This document shows, piece by piece, positions 21,407 to 32,493 of a stretch of DNA of 64,000 bases. Numbering within the stretch: position 1 is the stretch's first letter; every line of letters begins with the position of its first letter. The position numbers and the translations under genes were made by a program. The DNA comes from an uncultured Spirochaetota bacterium (GTDB taxonomy: Bacteria > Spirochaetota > Brevinematia > Brevinematales > JAOACQ01), in NCBI GenBank assembly GCA_963783575.1, contig CAWAOD010000011.1, forward strand, positions 448,001-512,000, written 5' to 3'. Below the pieces are notes generated by a model. That model did not search any database, was not told the DNA's origin, and saw only the letters and a list, made by a program, of their open reading frames with translations.

Positions 21407-21547
21407 CTTTTGTGATAAAATATAACGGCTATGGACGCCGGGATAAAAGCGGCTAAGGTATCAGATTATCCGGATGTGATCGAGAAAAAATTACTTCCGC
21501 CGGATGACAGGAAACTTTATATTCCAAATAATATATAGGAAAAATCT

Positions 21548-22390
21548 ATGTTTAAAATACTGGAAAAATGTTGTCTCGGGCCAAAGATTCAACTGGCTGA
21601 GATTGATGCTCCGCTGATAGCTGAGAAAGCGATGGCAGGCCAGTTTGTCATCATACGAATGAAGGAAAAAGGAGAAAGAATTCCGTTAACAATTGCCGAT
21701 TATAACAGGGACAAAGGTACAGTAACGCTTGTTTTTCAGGAATTGGGCAAATCTACGCATCAGCTTGGAAGCATAAAGGCCGGCGATTATCTGATCGACA
21801 TGCTTGGCCCTCAGGGAAACCCTACGGAGATAGAAAATTTCGGAAATGTCGTTGTGATCGGCGGAGGGATTGGGATAGCGCCGGTATTTCCTCTTGCAAG
21901 AGAACTGAAAAAATCGGGTAATAAAGTATTGTCTATTATCGGCTACAGGTCTAAAGATCATGTTTTCTGGGAAGATAAAATGCGTTCGGTTTCCGATACG
22001 GTTATGGCAATGACTAACGATGGATCTTATGGTAAAAAAGGTCTTGTCACCGATGCTCTGATTAATCTCCTGATAAAAAGTGAAAAAATTGACAGGGTTT
22101 TCGCCATTGGACCGGCTGTCATGATGAAGGCGGTAACAAAGATGACAAAACCATTAGGGATTCCCACGATAGTCAGTCTGAACTCCCTTATGGTTTGTGG
22201 AATGGGGATGTGCGGAGCATGCAGGGTAACCGTCGGAGACAAGACTAAATTCACCTGCATGGATGGAGCAGATTTTGAGGGGAGTGATGTGGATTTCGAT
22301 GAACTGATGAAACGCCTTGACACATACAAACCGCAGGAAAAGTCATGTATGGAAAACTGGGATGTGGAGTGTTCCAATGTCCATCAGTAA
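21548..22390 (+). CDS. nfnA: Electron-bifurcating transhydrogenase small subunit NfnA
   Basis: GQFVIIR...GERIPLTIAD, GGGIGIAP, CGMGMCGACRV...C [2Fe-2S] motif; overlaps nfnB. Confidence 0.88.
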   Translation: MFKILEKCCLGPKIQLAEIDAPLIAEKAMAGQFVIIRMKEKGERIPLTIADYNRDKGTVTLVFQELGKSTHQLGSIKAGDYLIDMLGPQGNPTEIENFGNVVVIGGGIGIAPVFPLARELKKSGNKVLSIIGYRSKDHVFWEDKMRSVSDTVMAMTNDGSYGKKGLVTDALINLLIKSEKIDRVFAIGPAVMMKAVTKMTKPLGIPTIVSLNSLMVCGMGMCGACRVTVGDKTKFTCMDGADFEGSDVDFDELMKRLDTYKPQEKSCMENWDVECSNVHQ

Positions 22391-23783
22391 AAAAGCAGTG
22401 CCGATGCGGGAACAGCCTGCAGGGGAAAGAAGAAATAATTTCAATGAAGTTCCTTATGGATATTCTATTGAAGAAGCGATAACGGAGTCAGAAAGATGCC
22501 TTCAATGTAAGAATAAACCATGCATTGAAGGCTGTCCTGTAAACATTGATATCCCGGGTTTTATCCTTGCCGTAAAGCAGAAGGAATTTATGAAGGCCAG
22601 CGAAATAATTCATGCTACCGACGCTCTTCCCGCAATAACCGGCCGTGTATGTCCTCAAGAGGAACAGTGCCAATGCAGATGTGTTGCCGGAAAAATTGGA
22701 GACCCCGTGGCAATTGGAAGACTTGAGAGGTTTGTAGCCGACTGGGAACTCGCAGAGAGAAATAAAGGAAATGTTAAAATACCGGGAAAAAATATTACAA
22801 AAACCGAAAAAATAGCGGTCATCGGTTCAGGCCCTGCCGGGGTTTCTTGCGCTGCCGACCTCGCTATGATGGGTTATGAAGTTACTGTTTACGAAGGTTT
22901 TCATAGCCTTGGCGGTGTACTTGTATATGGAATTCCCGAATTCAGGCTGCCAAAGGATATTGTAAAAACTGAAATTGAATCTTTGAAGAACATGGGGGTC
23001 TATTTTCAGACGAATGTTCTGATCGGGCGTGCTCTGACAATTAATGACCTCTTTAAAAAAGGTTTTAAGGCTGTTTTTATCGGAACAGGTGCCGGATTAC
23101 CGGTTTTCATGGGTATACCTGGTGAGAACCTTAATGGCGTCTACTCAGCCAACGAGTATCTTACAAGGGTTAACCTTATGAAGGCATATGAATATCCTCA
23201 TAATTCCGAAACACCTGTTCTGATGGGGAAACGAGTAGCTGTTATAGGCGGAGGAAATGTGGCAATGGACGCCGCGAGGACGGCAATACGGCTGGGCGCC
23301 GAACATGTTTATTTGATTTACAGAAGAACGGAAAAGGAAATGCCGGCCAGAGTAGAAGAAGTGCACCATGCGAAGGAAGAAGGCATTGAATTTCAGTTTT
23401 TATCTGCGCCGTTGTATTATATCGGCGATGAAACGGGTTTTATAGAATCCGTGAAGTGTATCAGAATGGAGCTTGGCGAACCGGATTCATCTGGAAGGAG
23501 GAGGCCTATAGAAATCAAAGGATCGGAATATATGCTTGAAATCGACCAGGTGATTGTCGCTATAGGAACTACGCCCAACCCTCTGATTAAAAAAACGACA
23601 CCGGAACTGACAACAAAGAAGCATGGTGAAATAGAAGCCGATGAGGATGGGAAGACATCTATGGAAGGAGTTTTCGCTGGAGGCGATATTGTTACCGGAG
23701 CAGCTACTGTTGTCACAGCCATGGGCGCAGGAAAAAAAGCGGCAGCGGCTATAAACTCCTATATCGTTTCCCAACAAAACTGA
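22377..23783 (+). CDS. nfnB: Electron-bifurcating transhydrogenase large subunit NfnB (GltD-like)
   Basis: RCLQCKNKPCIEGCP, GRVCPQEEQC, GSGPAG, YGIPEFRLP, GGGNVAMDAAR, FAGGD; paired with nfnA. Confidence 0.9.
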   Translation: MSISKKAVPMREQPAGERRNNFNEVPYGYSIEEAITESERCLQCKNKPCIEGCPVNIDIPGFILAVKQKEFMKASEIIHATDALPAITGRVCPQEEQCQCRCVAGKIGDPVAIGRLERFVADWELAERNKGNVKIPGKNITKTEKIAVIGSGPAGVSCAADLAMMGYEVTVYEGFHSLGGVLVYGIPEFRLPKDIVKTEIESLKNMGVYFQTNVLIGRALTINDLFKKGFKAVFIGTGAGLPVFMGIPGENLNGVYSANEYLTRVNLMKAYEYPHNSETPVLMGKRVAVIGGGNVAMDAARTAIRLGAEHVYLIYRRTEKEMPARVEEVHHAKEEGIEFQFLSAPLYYIGDETGFIESVKCIRMELGEPDSSGRRRPIEIKGSEYMLEIDQVIVAIGTTPNPLIKKTTPELTTKKHGEIEADEDGKTSMEGVFAGGDIVTGAATVVTAMGAGKKAAAAINSYIVSQQN

Positions 23784-23895
23784 CAGGGATTGTTAAGATA
23801 AAATTTAATAGCAGTCTCAAGTAATACTAATAGCATCTTCATACCAGCAGTATTTACTGTAATGCGAATTTTAGATAAATGGTTAAATATACAAT

Positions 23896-23924
23896 TCCCC
23901 CGGTTCGATAAACTTACCGGGGGA
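23896..23924. terminator. GC-rich hairpin between convergent operons, containing a REP-like core
   Basis: tcccccggt-11 nt-accggggga; includes ggttcgataaacttacc. Confidence 0.55.
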
Positions 23925-23942
23925 TGGGCATTATTTAGTAAT

Positions 23943-25597
23943 TTAGTTTTTTCCTAACGCTGGAATTGATGGCAAAGTTGTATACATTCTGTCTCCAATA
24001 TTGTTAGGATCGAAAATCTCTTTAATTTTTGCCTGGTACCAGAATACAAGCGGTTGTTTCAATTTTCTCAATTCTTCATGAATCTTTTCGTCTGTCCAAC
24101 CGACTTGCAGGTATATAAATTCTTTCCCGGGCGGATAGCCGTTAGAAACTGCGTCTCTTACCGCATCTTCCATGTGTTTGATGGCAGCAGCGTTGGAAGC
24201 AGCATCGGCTGGGTCATAAGAAACAAACTGTTCGAATCCCATTGCTCCTCCCCCGTAAGGCCGCTTCCGCAACCCATTAAAGCATCGCCTCCGCACTGAA
24301 CAAGATTTCCGCTTTCAGCATCCCTTGCCAACCCTGCGATGGCGATAGGGGCATAACCTTTTACAAGATCAGGGGTTCCGGATTGCATCCAGCTGCCGAG
24401 GTAGCCGCCCACCCAGACAAAATTCAGGTGCTTATGCCCCAATCTTTGCAGATACATATTTGTAAATTCGGCCATTTCCTGTTCACAGTATTTTTTTACC
24501 TTAAAGCCGCCGGTTTCTTTTAGAATTTCATCAAGAATTTTATCCTGAAGTTCAATATCTTTAATGGAGCGGCCTGAAAGAATTATCTGAAATGAAATTC
24601 TCATTTCTTCCGTGAGCTTTTTAATTTCCGGATCATTGACCATTGTCTCAACATCATTGAGTGTTTTTTTATAATCATTGTACATCAGCCAGAAGGCTGG
24701 AGCCAGATTAGCGCCGGCAAGATTGAATTGTCTATGGAAGATATAACCTATTTCATTATCATAGATTTTGTAATAACTGTCGGCCCATGCGTCCCAGTTC
24801 GGCATTGCAAGAGTATAAACCCTGAAATTATCCCCGACCGGCAGACGGTAGGCTGGAACAGTACCCTTTACATCCAATTTCGCCGGGCCATTCCAGGGGG
24901 ATAGTTTAATAGCGCATTTCGTATATACACCTAATCCGCCTCTTGAACCCATTACGCCTCTGAGTATACCCCTTATGCTCGATCCCGGGCCTTCGCTGCA
25001 GAAACACTCTCCGGTGGAATTGAATGAACCGATTGTTAAAACTTCACCTTCCGGAGTAACCCACTCCATACCAAGAAGGTTATCTGAATTATGTCCCATA
25101 TAATATGTGCTCGGTCCCGGTCCAAAGTAGGCGCAAGCGCTTGCCACAATCGATGTGGTTGATCCTGCCCCAATAATATTAAGATTCAATCCAAGTTTCA
25201 TTACTTCGGCTTGAAGTTGTGCACAGATAACATAAGGTTCAACTATCGCCACCATGTTTTTTTCATCGATTTTAATAATCTTGTTCATTCTTCTGAGATC
25301 CAGTTGGATTGTATCTTCACTGTCCTTTAAAGGCGCAGCCCAATGGTACCAGCCTGTTGAAATCGGTTTTAATTTTATTTTATATTTGTTGCATACTTTG
25401 GTAATTGCCTGTACCTCTTTTGTACTTTCAGGCATTATAACCGCAACAGGCCGGGGCATGAATTTACTGTAGTTTTTACGGACGGTTTCCGCCATCCATT
25501 CAAAAGCATAGGAATCGAGAAATGCCGGATCATCTGTTATATATTCTGGTCCTACTATATCTTCAAATTCACGGTAAGCTTCTTTTGATAACGCCAT
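23943..25597 (-). CDS. FAD-binding oxidoreductase (VAO/PCMH/GlcD superfamily), cassette 1 third enzyme gene, apparent frameshift at ~24257
   Basis: PVAVIMPESTKEVQAITKVCN, LDLRRMNKII, VEP, LLGMEWVTPEGE; C-terminus KEIFDPNNIG lies in the adjacent frame (23943..24296) and matches the paralog. Confidence 0.85.
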
Positions 25598-25618
25598 ATT
25601 TAATCCTCCTTACAAAAT

Positions 25619-26890
25619 TTACACAGCCAGGTCTATAAGTTCCATGATGTCAAATATTTTCATTTTTCTATTTCTTCCATTTTCGGCTTCAATAAAATTA
25701 TCCTCACACCATGGGCAGGCAGTCACAAGAGCTTCGGCACCGGTAGATTCAGCTTCCTCTATTCTTTCCGAGGCGGTCGCGCTTGAAAACTCGGGATAAG
25801 CCTCTTTAACTCCGCCACCGGCTCCGCAACACCACGCGGATTCCCTATTGCGCTCCATTTCAATCAGTTCCAGACCCGGTATCGCATTTAAAATATTTCT
25901 CGGCTGATCATAAATTCCATAAGCGCCGATATATCTTGGTCTTGGAGGATCATAGATAACAGCCTGACCGAAAATCTTTTTTTCCTTGCCATTCCACTCA
26001 ACATAAGGCTCTCCCTGTCTTCCCAGATAACAGGGATCATGGTAAGTTACTTTCATATTTACTTTTTTAGTAAATTTTAACTTACCTTCTTTAATAAGCT
26101 TATCCGTAAATTCAACCATGTGCATCACCTCAATTTTTGAGCCGTCCTTTGCATAAAGCCTTTTAAAAGTATGGTAACAATCGGCACATGGAGTAACAAC
26201 TGTCTTTATTCCGGCTTTTTCCCATGCGGCTAAATTACTATTCAGGCCATTTTCATAATCTTTTTTGTAACCCATATGGTAGGCCCGGCCGCCGCAGCAT
26301 CCCTCGTTTTGCCCGAAAATTCCGAAATCGATTTTTGCTTTTTGCATGATTCCGACAGAAATTCTGGCGATTTTTTGCAGGTCAGGATTATATGAATATT
26401 GACAGCCCGCATGAAAAACAACTTCGGCTTTTTCTTTTGAAAGGTCTTTAATTTTAAGATCTTTTGCCCAATCACCTCTTTTATCTTTAGGCTTTTTGAG
26501 CATATTGTTCAGTTTTCGATAGCCTTCCATAACCTTGTCATTCTGGGGTATTGTCTTTCCGTCTTCAACCAGTTTAAATCTCAATTCATGCAATGCCGCT
26601 AATGGTTCCATATCATAACGGCATATTTTACAGGTAACATCGCAGTTCCCACAGAGCTGGCATTTAAAAACGGAGTCTTTCACCTTATCGGTAACCTCGA
26701 TCCTGCCTTCCAGCAAAGATAACAAAGTCACCAGCCTTCCGCCGGCCGAATAAGAATGAAAATGATTATATTCTATACTCGGACACCCTTTTGCAAATCT
26801 CCAGCTTTTTATTTGATCAATAGGAATCCACTTGCAATAAGCGCATCTTGTACAACGTAACGCATCATTTTTATAATCTTCAAGCGCCAT
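25619..26890 (-). CDS. Fe-S oxidoreductase with 4Fe-4S and two CCG domains (GlcF/HdrD-like), cassette 1
   Basis: CTRCAYC...CP, CQLCGNCDVTC, GCCGG, YHDPCYLGR, WCCGAGGG, TACPWC. Confidence 0.9.
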   Translation of the reverse strand: MALEDYKNDALRCTRCAYCKWIPIDQIKSWRFAKGCPSIEYNHFHSYSAGGRLVTLLSLLEGRIEVTDKVKDSVFKCQLCGNCDVTCKICRYDMEPLAALHELRFKLVEDGKTIPQNDKVMEGYRKLNNMLKKPKDKRGDWAKDLKIKDLSKEKAEVVFHAGCQYSYNPDLQKIARISVGIMQKAKIDFGIFGQNEGCCGGRAYHMGYKKDYENGLNSNLAAWEKAGIKTVVTPCADCYHTFKRLYAKDGSKIEVMHMVEFTDKLIKEGKLKFTKKVNMKVTYHDPCYLGRQGEPYVEWNGKEKKIFGQAVIYDPPRPRYIGAYGIYDQPRNILNAIPGLELIEMERNRESAWCCGAGGGVKEAYPEFSSATASERIEEAESTGAEALVTACPWCEDNFIEAENGRNRKMKIFDIMELIDLAV

Positions 26891-26909
26891 AATATATTCC
26901 TCCTATAAT

Positions 26910-28382
26910 TTAATTAAAACACAATTTTCCCGGATTCATAATATTGTTAGGGTCGAATAATTTTTTGATTTTTCTCAAAGTAATTTTACTGTCAGCATCT
27001 TTTTGATACATCAAATCCGACCACATCCCATACGGTCTTGAAAAATAAGCTCCATCCAGCGAGTGCAAACTGCTTGCTTTCATGAATAATTCTTTTACCA
27101 TTGCCGTCTCTTCCTTATCACCGGGATTATAGGGAAGATTGAACTCACAATGATAGGATGCTCCCTGGTGTTGCGGCTGCAGGTAGACGCCTATATCAGT
27201 TGAAGGATAATTAAATTCTTCAGCCGCCGAGTTCATTGTCTTTAAAAATTGAGGGGTTTTATCAAGTGTCGTCAAGAAAAATATATCAGTGCATCCGCCT
27301 TTGTAATTAAATTTCCAGTATTTTTCAGATGAAGGGTTCAAAATAGTATCCAGAATTACATTGTTACTTACCTGTGAAATACCGGTAAGGGCTTCCAAAC
27401 CATGCTGTTGTGCATAAGCAATGATATCACTCTCCATAACTTCCACTTTTTCTTCAGGAAATAACGCTCTTCCCGATATACCGATGAGCATTGTCCATAA
27501 TGGTAAAATTTTCTTAAAATTATCAATTTTTTTCGCATCTTTCCCGATCATATTTGCAAGCTGGGAATTATTGACTATGATAACTTCATCACCCATCCTT
27601 TGTTTCTGGATTTCATAGGAAAAATCAATAAGATTTTCGAGCTTTTTAGCAGGGATAATTAAGAGTTTGCGAATGCTCGGTAATATTTCACATTTTACAG
27701 AAGCCCAGAATACGATTCCCATTGTACCTTGTGAACCTGTCAATATTTTAATAAAATCGGTCGCATTTGGACCTTTAGGGTCTACCTGTACGGTACCGGA
27801 TTTCCATTGATCTTCCAGATTAAGGGAAGAATTTCCGGCATCACCGGTATAAATAATATCTCCGTTCCCGAACACTACTCCACAAGTTCTTAATGGCTCT
27901 GTAAGCGAATATTGATATCTTGGTATTGTAGTAGGCTGTCTTTCGAGAAGACTTGCTATTACAGATTTGTTTGCTTTTGGAAGCAGAGGCATTGTTACTC
28001 TTAAGCCTTCCTTAGCAAGAGCCGTTTCCAGCTGGCTATAAGTTACACCGGGTTCTATGACTGCTATCCTATTCCTGCTGTCAATTCTCAGGATTTTGTT
28101 CATTCCGCTCAAATCTACAATTACAGCGCTGGTAACGCTGGGAACAGTGTCGCCGTAAAAATGGGGCGATCCTGAACTGACAGGTATAAGCGGAGTTTTT
28201 GTTTCATTCGCCCATTTTACAAGTTCCTTAATTTGATTTACTCCGGTTGGTTTTACTATAAACCATGGTTTAATCTGCTTAACGAAGCTGTTATCACTTT
28301 TGTAATTATCAAGAATCTCCGGGTTGTCTATAACACTGCTGTTATCGAAAATCTTTAAAAGACTCTCTTTGGTGCTGTTCAT
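26910..28382 (-). CDS. FAD-binding oxidoreductase (VAO/PCMH/GlcD superfamily), cassette 1 first enzyme gene
   Basis: PLIPVSSG, VDLSGMNKIL, IEPGVTY, GSQGTMGIV, C-terminal FDPNNIMNPGKL. Confidence 0.9.
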   Translation of the reverse strand: MNSTKESLLKIFDNSSVIDNPEILDNYKSDNSFVKQIKPWFIVKPTGVNQIKELVKWANETKTPLIPVSSGSPHFYGDTVPSVTSAVIVDLSGMNKILRIDSRNRIAVIEPGVTYSQLETALAKEGLRVTMPLLPKANKSVIASLLERQPTTIPRYQYSLTEPLRTCGVVFGNGDIIYTGDAGNSSLNLEDQWKSGTVQVDPKGPNATDFIKILTGSQGTMGIVFWASVKCEILPSIRKLLIIPAKKLENLIDFSYEIQKQRMGDEVIIVNNSQLANMIGKDAKKIDNFKKILPLWTMLIGISGRALFPEEKVEVMESDIIAYAQQHGLEALTGISQVSNNVILDTILNPSSEKYWKFNYKGGCTDIFFLTTLDKTPQFLKTMNSAAEEFNYPSTDIGVYLQPQHQGASYHCEFNLPYNPGDKEETAMVKELFMKASSLHSLDGAYFSRPYGMWSDLMYQKDADSKITLRKIKKLFDPNNIMNPGKLCFN

Positions 28383-28411
28383 CTATTACCTCCCTTGAAA
28401 ATTAGAAATAT

Positions 28412-28443
28412 GTTACGAGTGGCATTTATCTGCCACTCGTAAC
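28412..28443. terminator. Intra-operon stem-loop, copy 1
   Basis: gttacgagtggca-tttatc-tgccactcgtaac, perfect 13-bp stem. Confidence 0.7.
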
Positions 28444-28502
28444 TGTTAAACTTTTATCCCTTGGCTATCCCTAGGATTATTATAAGTTATGTTTATCTGA
28501 AT

Positions 28503-29720
28503 TTATGCCTGCTGCTGTTTCTTTATCCTATTGGCAACAGGCAAAGCCAATATTCCTCCCAAAAGTATAATCGGGATCAAAACGATAAGCACCTGTGCCG
28601 CGGTTTTTCCACTACCAAGCAAAATACCGGCAAGCATAGGCCCACAAAAAGTACCAAGGCGTCCGAAGGTTACAGCTGCTCCTACACCTGTATTTCTTAT
28701 TTCAGCAGGATAGCAAAGCGGCGCGAAAGCTAGAAGTATACACTGTGCGGCGCCTACTGTCAGGCCCAGGAAAAAGCCTACCGGCAATATTTGACCGAAT
28801 TTAAGTGTAGCAAAACCTATAACAGCCAGGAATACTGCCAGTCCTATATATGCGGTTATTGGAGTGGAGTAAATTAATTTCTTATCCAGGAGATATCCCG
28901 CCAGAGCAGCTCCTATACAAAAACCCAGGTTAAAAATAATCTGGACAACCTGAGCATTCTGCTTGGATAATCCCATGGCTTCCATTAATGAAGGCATCCA
29001 GCCTAAAAGTAAATACATGACAAGCAGTGTCATAAATGTAGCCAGCCATATGGATATCGATGTGGCTGCCTGACCCTTTCCAAAGATTCCGGAAAATACA
29101 TTTTTGCCTAATGCCTTCGATTCATCTTGCTTGCCGGATGATATTGGTGATTCTTTAGGAAGTAAAAAAGCAAGAAGGGGCGCTACAATAATAGGAGCCA
29201 GACCGCCTATAAGGTAAACTGGCTTCCAGTTATTGCCGAAAGCTCCGATCATCATTACCACGCTTGAAAGAACTCCTCCTATCGGGATGGCGCTGTAAAT
29301 AAATCCCACAGCTCTTTTCTTTAGTTGTACCGGGCTGTGGTCACTGGCCATTGCTATAACAAGCGGCATGGCTGCCCCAAGTCCGAGACCGGTAAAAAAC
29401 CTTGCTATCATAAGCGTCGAAAGTCCTGTGGCAAACACCGTTGAAATAGATGAAATACCGAATAATAAAATACCTGTTATTAGGACCGGTTTACGTCCGA
29501 AACGATCGGCCAGAAAACCGCCTATTATAGCAGCAAGAAAGACACCAATTGCGCTTGAGCTAAGAAAAACGCCCATCTGGGCAGGCATAAGATGAAAAGC
29601 CGGTGCGATTCTTGGCGCAGAAACACCGGCAGCCTGGAGATCAAATCCCTCCAGTAAAATAACAAGAGCACATAAAACAATGACACGATAGGTGTGAAGC
29701 GATTTTACAGAGTTTTCCAT
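28503..29720 (-). CDS. MFS transporter, aromatic acid:H+ symporter family (MhpT-like), cassette 1
   Basis: LLEGFDLQAAGVSAP, GGFLADRFGRKPV, RFFTGLGLGAAMP, YLLLGWMPSL, YPAEIRNTGVG; about 12 TM. Confidence 0.88.
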   Translation of the reverse strand: MENSVKSLHTYRVIVLCALVILLEGFDLQAAGVSAPRIAPAFHLMPAQMGVFLSSSAIGVFLAAIIGGFLADRFGRKPVLITGILLFGISSISTVFATGLSTLMIARFFTGLGLGAAMPLVIAMASDHSPVQLKKRAVGFIYSAIPIGGVLSSVVMMIGAFGNNWKPVYLIGGLAPIIVAPLLAFLLPKESPISSGKQDESKALGKNVFSGIFGKGQAATSISIWLATFMTLLVMYLLLGWMPSLMEAMGLSKQNAQVVQIIFNLGFCIGAALAGYLLDKKLIYSTPITAYIGLAVFLAVIGFATLKFGQILPVGFFLGLTVGAAQCILLAFAPLCYPAEIRNTGVGAAVTFGRLGTFCGPMLAGILLGSGKTAAQVLIVLIPIILLGGILALPVANRIKKQQQA

Positions 29721-29740
29721 GAATATCCTCCAAATTATTT

Positions 29741-29798
29741 ATTCACCGAACTAGTTCAGCGAACAGATTCATTCTATATTAATTTGAAAAAAAGTCAA
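29741..29798 (-). promoter_or_regulatory. Sigma70 promoter of cassette 1 with abutting operator-like repeat
   Basis: Minus strand: TTGACT-16 bp-TAGAAT-gaatctgttc-gct-gaactagttc-ggt-gaat. Confidence 0.75.
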
Positions 29799-29900
29799 TA
29801 GTTTTAACAAAATATTTTTTACAAATAAACAAATTTTGCATAAGTTCAAATTTTTCAATTTTCATATGGTCTGTATTGGGTGAAAGTAAACATTTTCTAT

Positions 29901-29929
29901 TTGACTTTTTATAAATTGTAAATTATAGT
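29901..29929 (+). promoter_or_regulatory. Putative sigma70 promoter of the corrinoid operon
   Basis: TTGACT-17 bp-TATAGT, ~48 bp before ATG 29977. Confidence 0.55.
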
Positions 29930-29976
29930 TTTTTAACTTTATAAATTATGAATTAATTATTATAAATGAGGATGTT

Positions 29977-30647
29977 ATGAGTAATATATTGGAACAGCTG
30001 GCTTTATGTATCGAGCGCGGTAAGATGGATGCAAATTCTTCCTATCCTCCGGATATGAAAGGGCAAAAAGGAGCCGATGAATTGACAAAAGAGGCTATTG
30101 CGGCTAATATTCCGGTAAATGATATACTTGAAAAAGCCCTCATAACAGGAATGAACAATATCGGAATCAAATTTAAGGAAAACAAGGTTTTTGTTCCTGA
30201 TTTGATGATGGCGGCAAAGGCTATGAAAACAGCGATGAATTATTTAAAACCCTATTTTCAGAAAGGAGAGGCAAAAAAGAAAGGTACATTGATTATAGGA
30301 ACAGCGGCAGGTGATTTGCATGATATAGGAAAAAAGTCGTGGTTGCCCTGATTATTGAAGGAGCCGGATGGGAAGTAATAGACCTTGGCGTTGATGTTAA
30401 AACGGATAAATTCCTGAATGCAATCAATGAAAAACCTCAAGCGGTGGTAGGTTTAAGTTCTTTGTTAACAACCACAATGATGTCCATGGCTCATTCTGTT
30501 AAAGCCATAAAGGAGAAATTCCCGGGCACAAAGATTATTGTAGGCGGAGCCCCCGTCACCAAGGCGTTTGCCGATAAAATCGGGGCTCATGCTAACGCAT
30601 CCGATCCTCAAAGCGCAATAAAAGTCCTTAATGATTTGGTTTCATAA
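29977..30647 (+). CDS. Corrinoid (B12-binding) methyl-carrier protein, apparent frameshift at ~30331-30338
   Basis: Cap domain (GMNNIGIKFKENKVFVPDLMMAAKAM); DLHDIGK base-off motif; GWEVIDLGVDV, VGLSSLLTTTM and VGGAPVT in the next frame; break in an A run. Confidence 0.9.
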
Positions 30648-30729
30648 TCAAATTTGCAATTGAAAATATTAGAATATCAATGCAGAAGTGGAAAAATACT
30701 GAACAAAATAATATTCAAGAAAGAGGAGT

Positions 30730-31449
30730 ATGTTAGAAAATATAGAAAAACCTTTTATATTTAAAATAGATATTGATAATGATTTTGAAATAACAAAAGG
30801 GTCATTATTGGAATTCATGGGATACCGATCCGAATCTTATCCCGAAGTACTGGATGATTGTTTTGAAATATTATTTAAAAATCTTTCAAGGCATTATAAA
30901 CCTCAAGCAGGATTCTGCATTTGTAAAAAGGTCAGTGCGGCTGGAAAAGGTTTTATTTGTGAAGATGTCTTTTTTTCAACCGGGAAAATAATCGCCGAAA
31001 GGCTGAGACGCTCGGAGCATCTTGCTTTTTTCATATTGACCGCAGGAGCCGAAATGGATGAATGGTCCGGTAAATTGTTCAGTGAGGATAATACATTATT
31101 GGGTTATATAGTCGACTGCGCCGGTTCCGAATTGGCTGAAAATCTTGCGGATAAAGTCCAAAATAAACTGGAGGAGATTTGCAAGGCGGAAGGGCTTTTT
31201 ATAACAAACCGTTATAGCCCGGGATATTGCGGATGGGACACAAAAGAACAAAAGAAGCTTTTTTCATTTTTCCCTGATAATTTCTGCGGGGTAAGTTTAA
31301 ATGAGTCATGTTTGATGAACCCTATTAAATCTATTAGCGGAGTTATCGGGCTGGGTAAAAAGGTCGCAAAACAGGAATACCAATGTTCAATTTGCGGCCG
31401 TAAGGATTGTTTTAAAAAAACAATAAAAAAAGCAGGTAAATATGAATAA
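30730..31449 (+). CDS. Stand-alone MetH activation-domain-like protein
   Basis: FILTAG, RYSPGYCGW, GVSLNESCLMNPIKSISGVIG, C-terminal CSICGRKDC. Confidence 0.85.
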   Translation: MLENIEKPFIFKIDIDNDFEITKGSLLEFMGYRSESYPEVLDDCFEILFKNLSRHYKPQAGFCICKKVSAAGKGFICEDVFFSTGKIIAERLRRSEHLAFFILTAGAEMDEWSGKLFSEDNTLLGYIVDCAGSELAENLADKVQNKLEEICKAEGLFITNRYSPGYCGWDTKEQKKLFSFFPDNFCGVSLNESCLMNPIKSISGVIGLGKKVAKQEYQCSICGRKDCFKKTIKKAGKYE

Positions 31450-32332
31450 GATTGTAAGCGAGCTTAAAACAGGAGAAATAATGATTTCAGATGGTGCATG
31501 GGGAACATTTCTTCAGCAGAAAGGCTTAAAAGTTGGGGATTGTCCGGAGTTCTGGAATATTACAAACCGGGAAGATGTTCTTGATATAGCGGAATCGTAC
31601 GTTAAAGCCGGGGCGGATATGATTGAGTCGAATAGTTTCGGCGGCTCAAGAATTAAGCTTGATTATTATGGATTGGGGGAACAAACGGCCAGAATCAATG
31701 AAACGGCGGCGGTTATTTCCCGGAAAGCGGCAGGAGATGACCGGCATGTTATCGCGTCAATAGGACCCACCGGAAAAATGCTGATAACCGGAGATGTGAC
31801 AGAGGAACAATTGTATGATGTTTTTAAAGAACAGTCTATGGCCCTGGAAAAAGGCGGTGCAGACGCAGCTTGTATTGAAACTATGTCGGCTCTGGATGAG
31901 GCGGTCATCGCAGTAAAAGCAGTAAAGGAAAATACAGGTCTTGAAATTTTAGCATCTTTTACTTTTGAACAAAAAGATAGAAAATATTATACGATGATGG
32001 GAATCACCCCGGAAAATATTGTTAAAGATTTGATCAATGCCGGCGCTGATATCATCGGAACAAATTGCGGAAACGGCATTGCAGGTATGATAGGTATTGT
32101 CGCTGAAATAAGAAGAATAAATATGAATATACCGGTAATAGTACAGGCAAATGCAGGCTTGCCCGAAGTTGTCGGTGGACGTATAATTTACAGGGAAACT
32201 CCAGAAATTATGGCTTCCTATATTCCACAACTAATTGAAGCCGGAACGAATATAATCGGCGGCTGCTGCGGAACAACGCCGGAACATATTAAAAAAATCA
32301 AAGAAGCGGTTTTAAGATTTATAAACGGGTAA
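31442..32332 (+). CDS. Homocysteine S-methyltransferase domain protein (MetH Hcy domain-like)
   Basis: SDGAWGT, AGADMIESNSFG, SIGPTG, IETMS, GTNC, ANAGLP, GGCCGTTPEHI zinc motifs. Confidence 0.92.
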   Translation: MNKIVSELKTGEIMISDGAWGTFLQQKGLKVGDCPEFWNITNREDVLDIAESYVKAGADMIESNSFGGSRIKLDYYGLGEQTARINETAAVISRKAAGDDRHVIASIGPTGKMLITGDVTEEQLYDVFKEQSMALEKGGADAACIETMSALDEAVIAVKAVKENTGLEILASFTFEQKDRKYYTMMGITPENIVKDLINAGADIIGTNCGNGIAGMIGIVAEIRRINMNIPVIVQANAGLPEVVGGRIIYRETPEIMASYIPQLIEAGTNIIGGCCGTTPEHIKKIKEAVLRFING

Positions 32333-32493
32333 AAAACATTTTTTAAGAAATGCGGAAATAAGACCCAACGGTAGGATTTTTTTTATTAATGGCGCCGTTG
32401 ATATTATCAAGGTTTGCTGCACGGGCAGTGCATCCAAAACAGACGTAACCTGGTTTGAAATAAAGATTCCGGATTTTATATATTTACTTCTAA

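Noticed and set aside
22377..23783. GltD-like gene as the glutamate synthase small subunit
   Set aside because: It overlaps an nfnA-type gene and is 17 kb from the glutamate synthase operon; NfnAB fits better.
29800..29976. Cobalamin or SAM riboswitch ahead of the corrinoid operon
   Set aside because: The leader is short and very AT-rich, with no recognisable riboswitch core.
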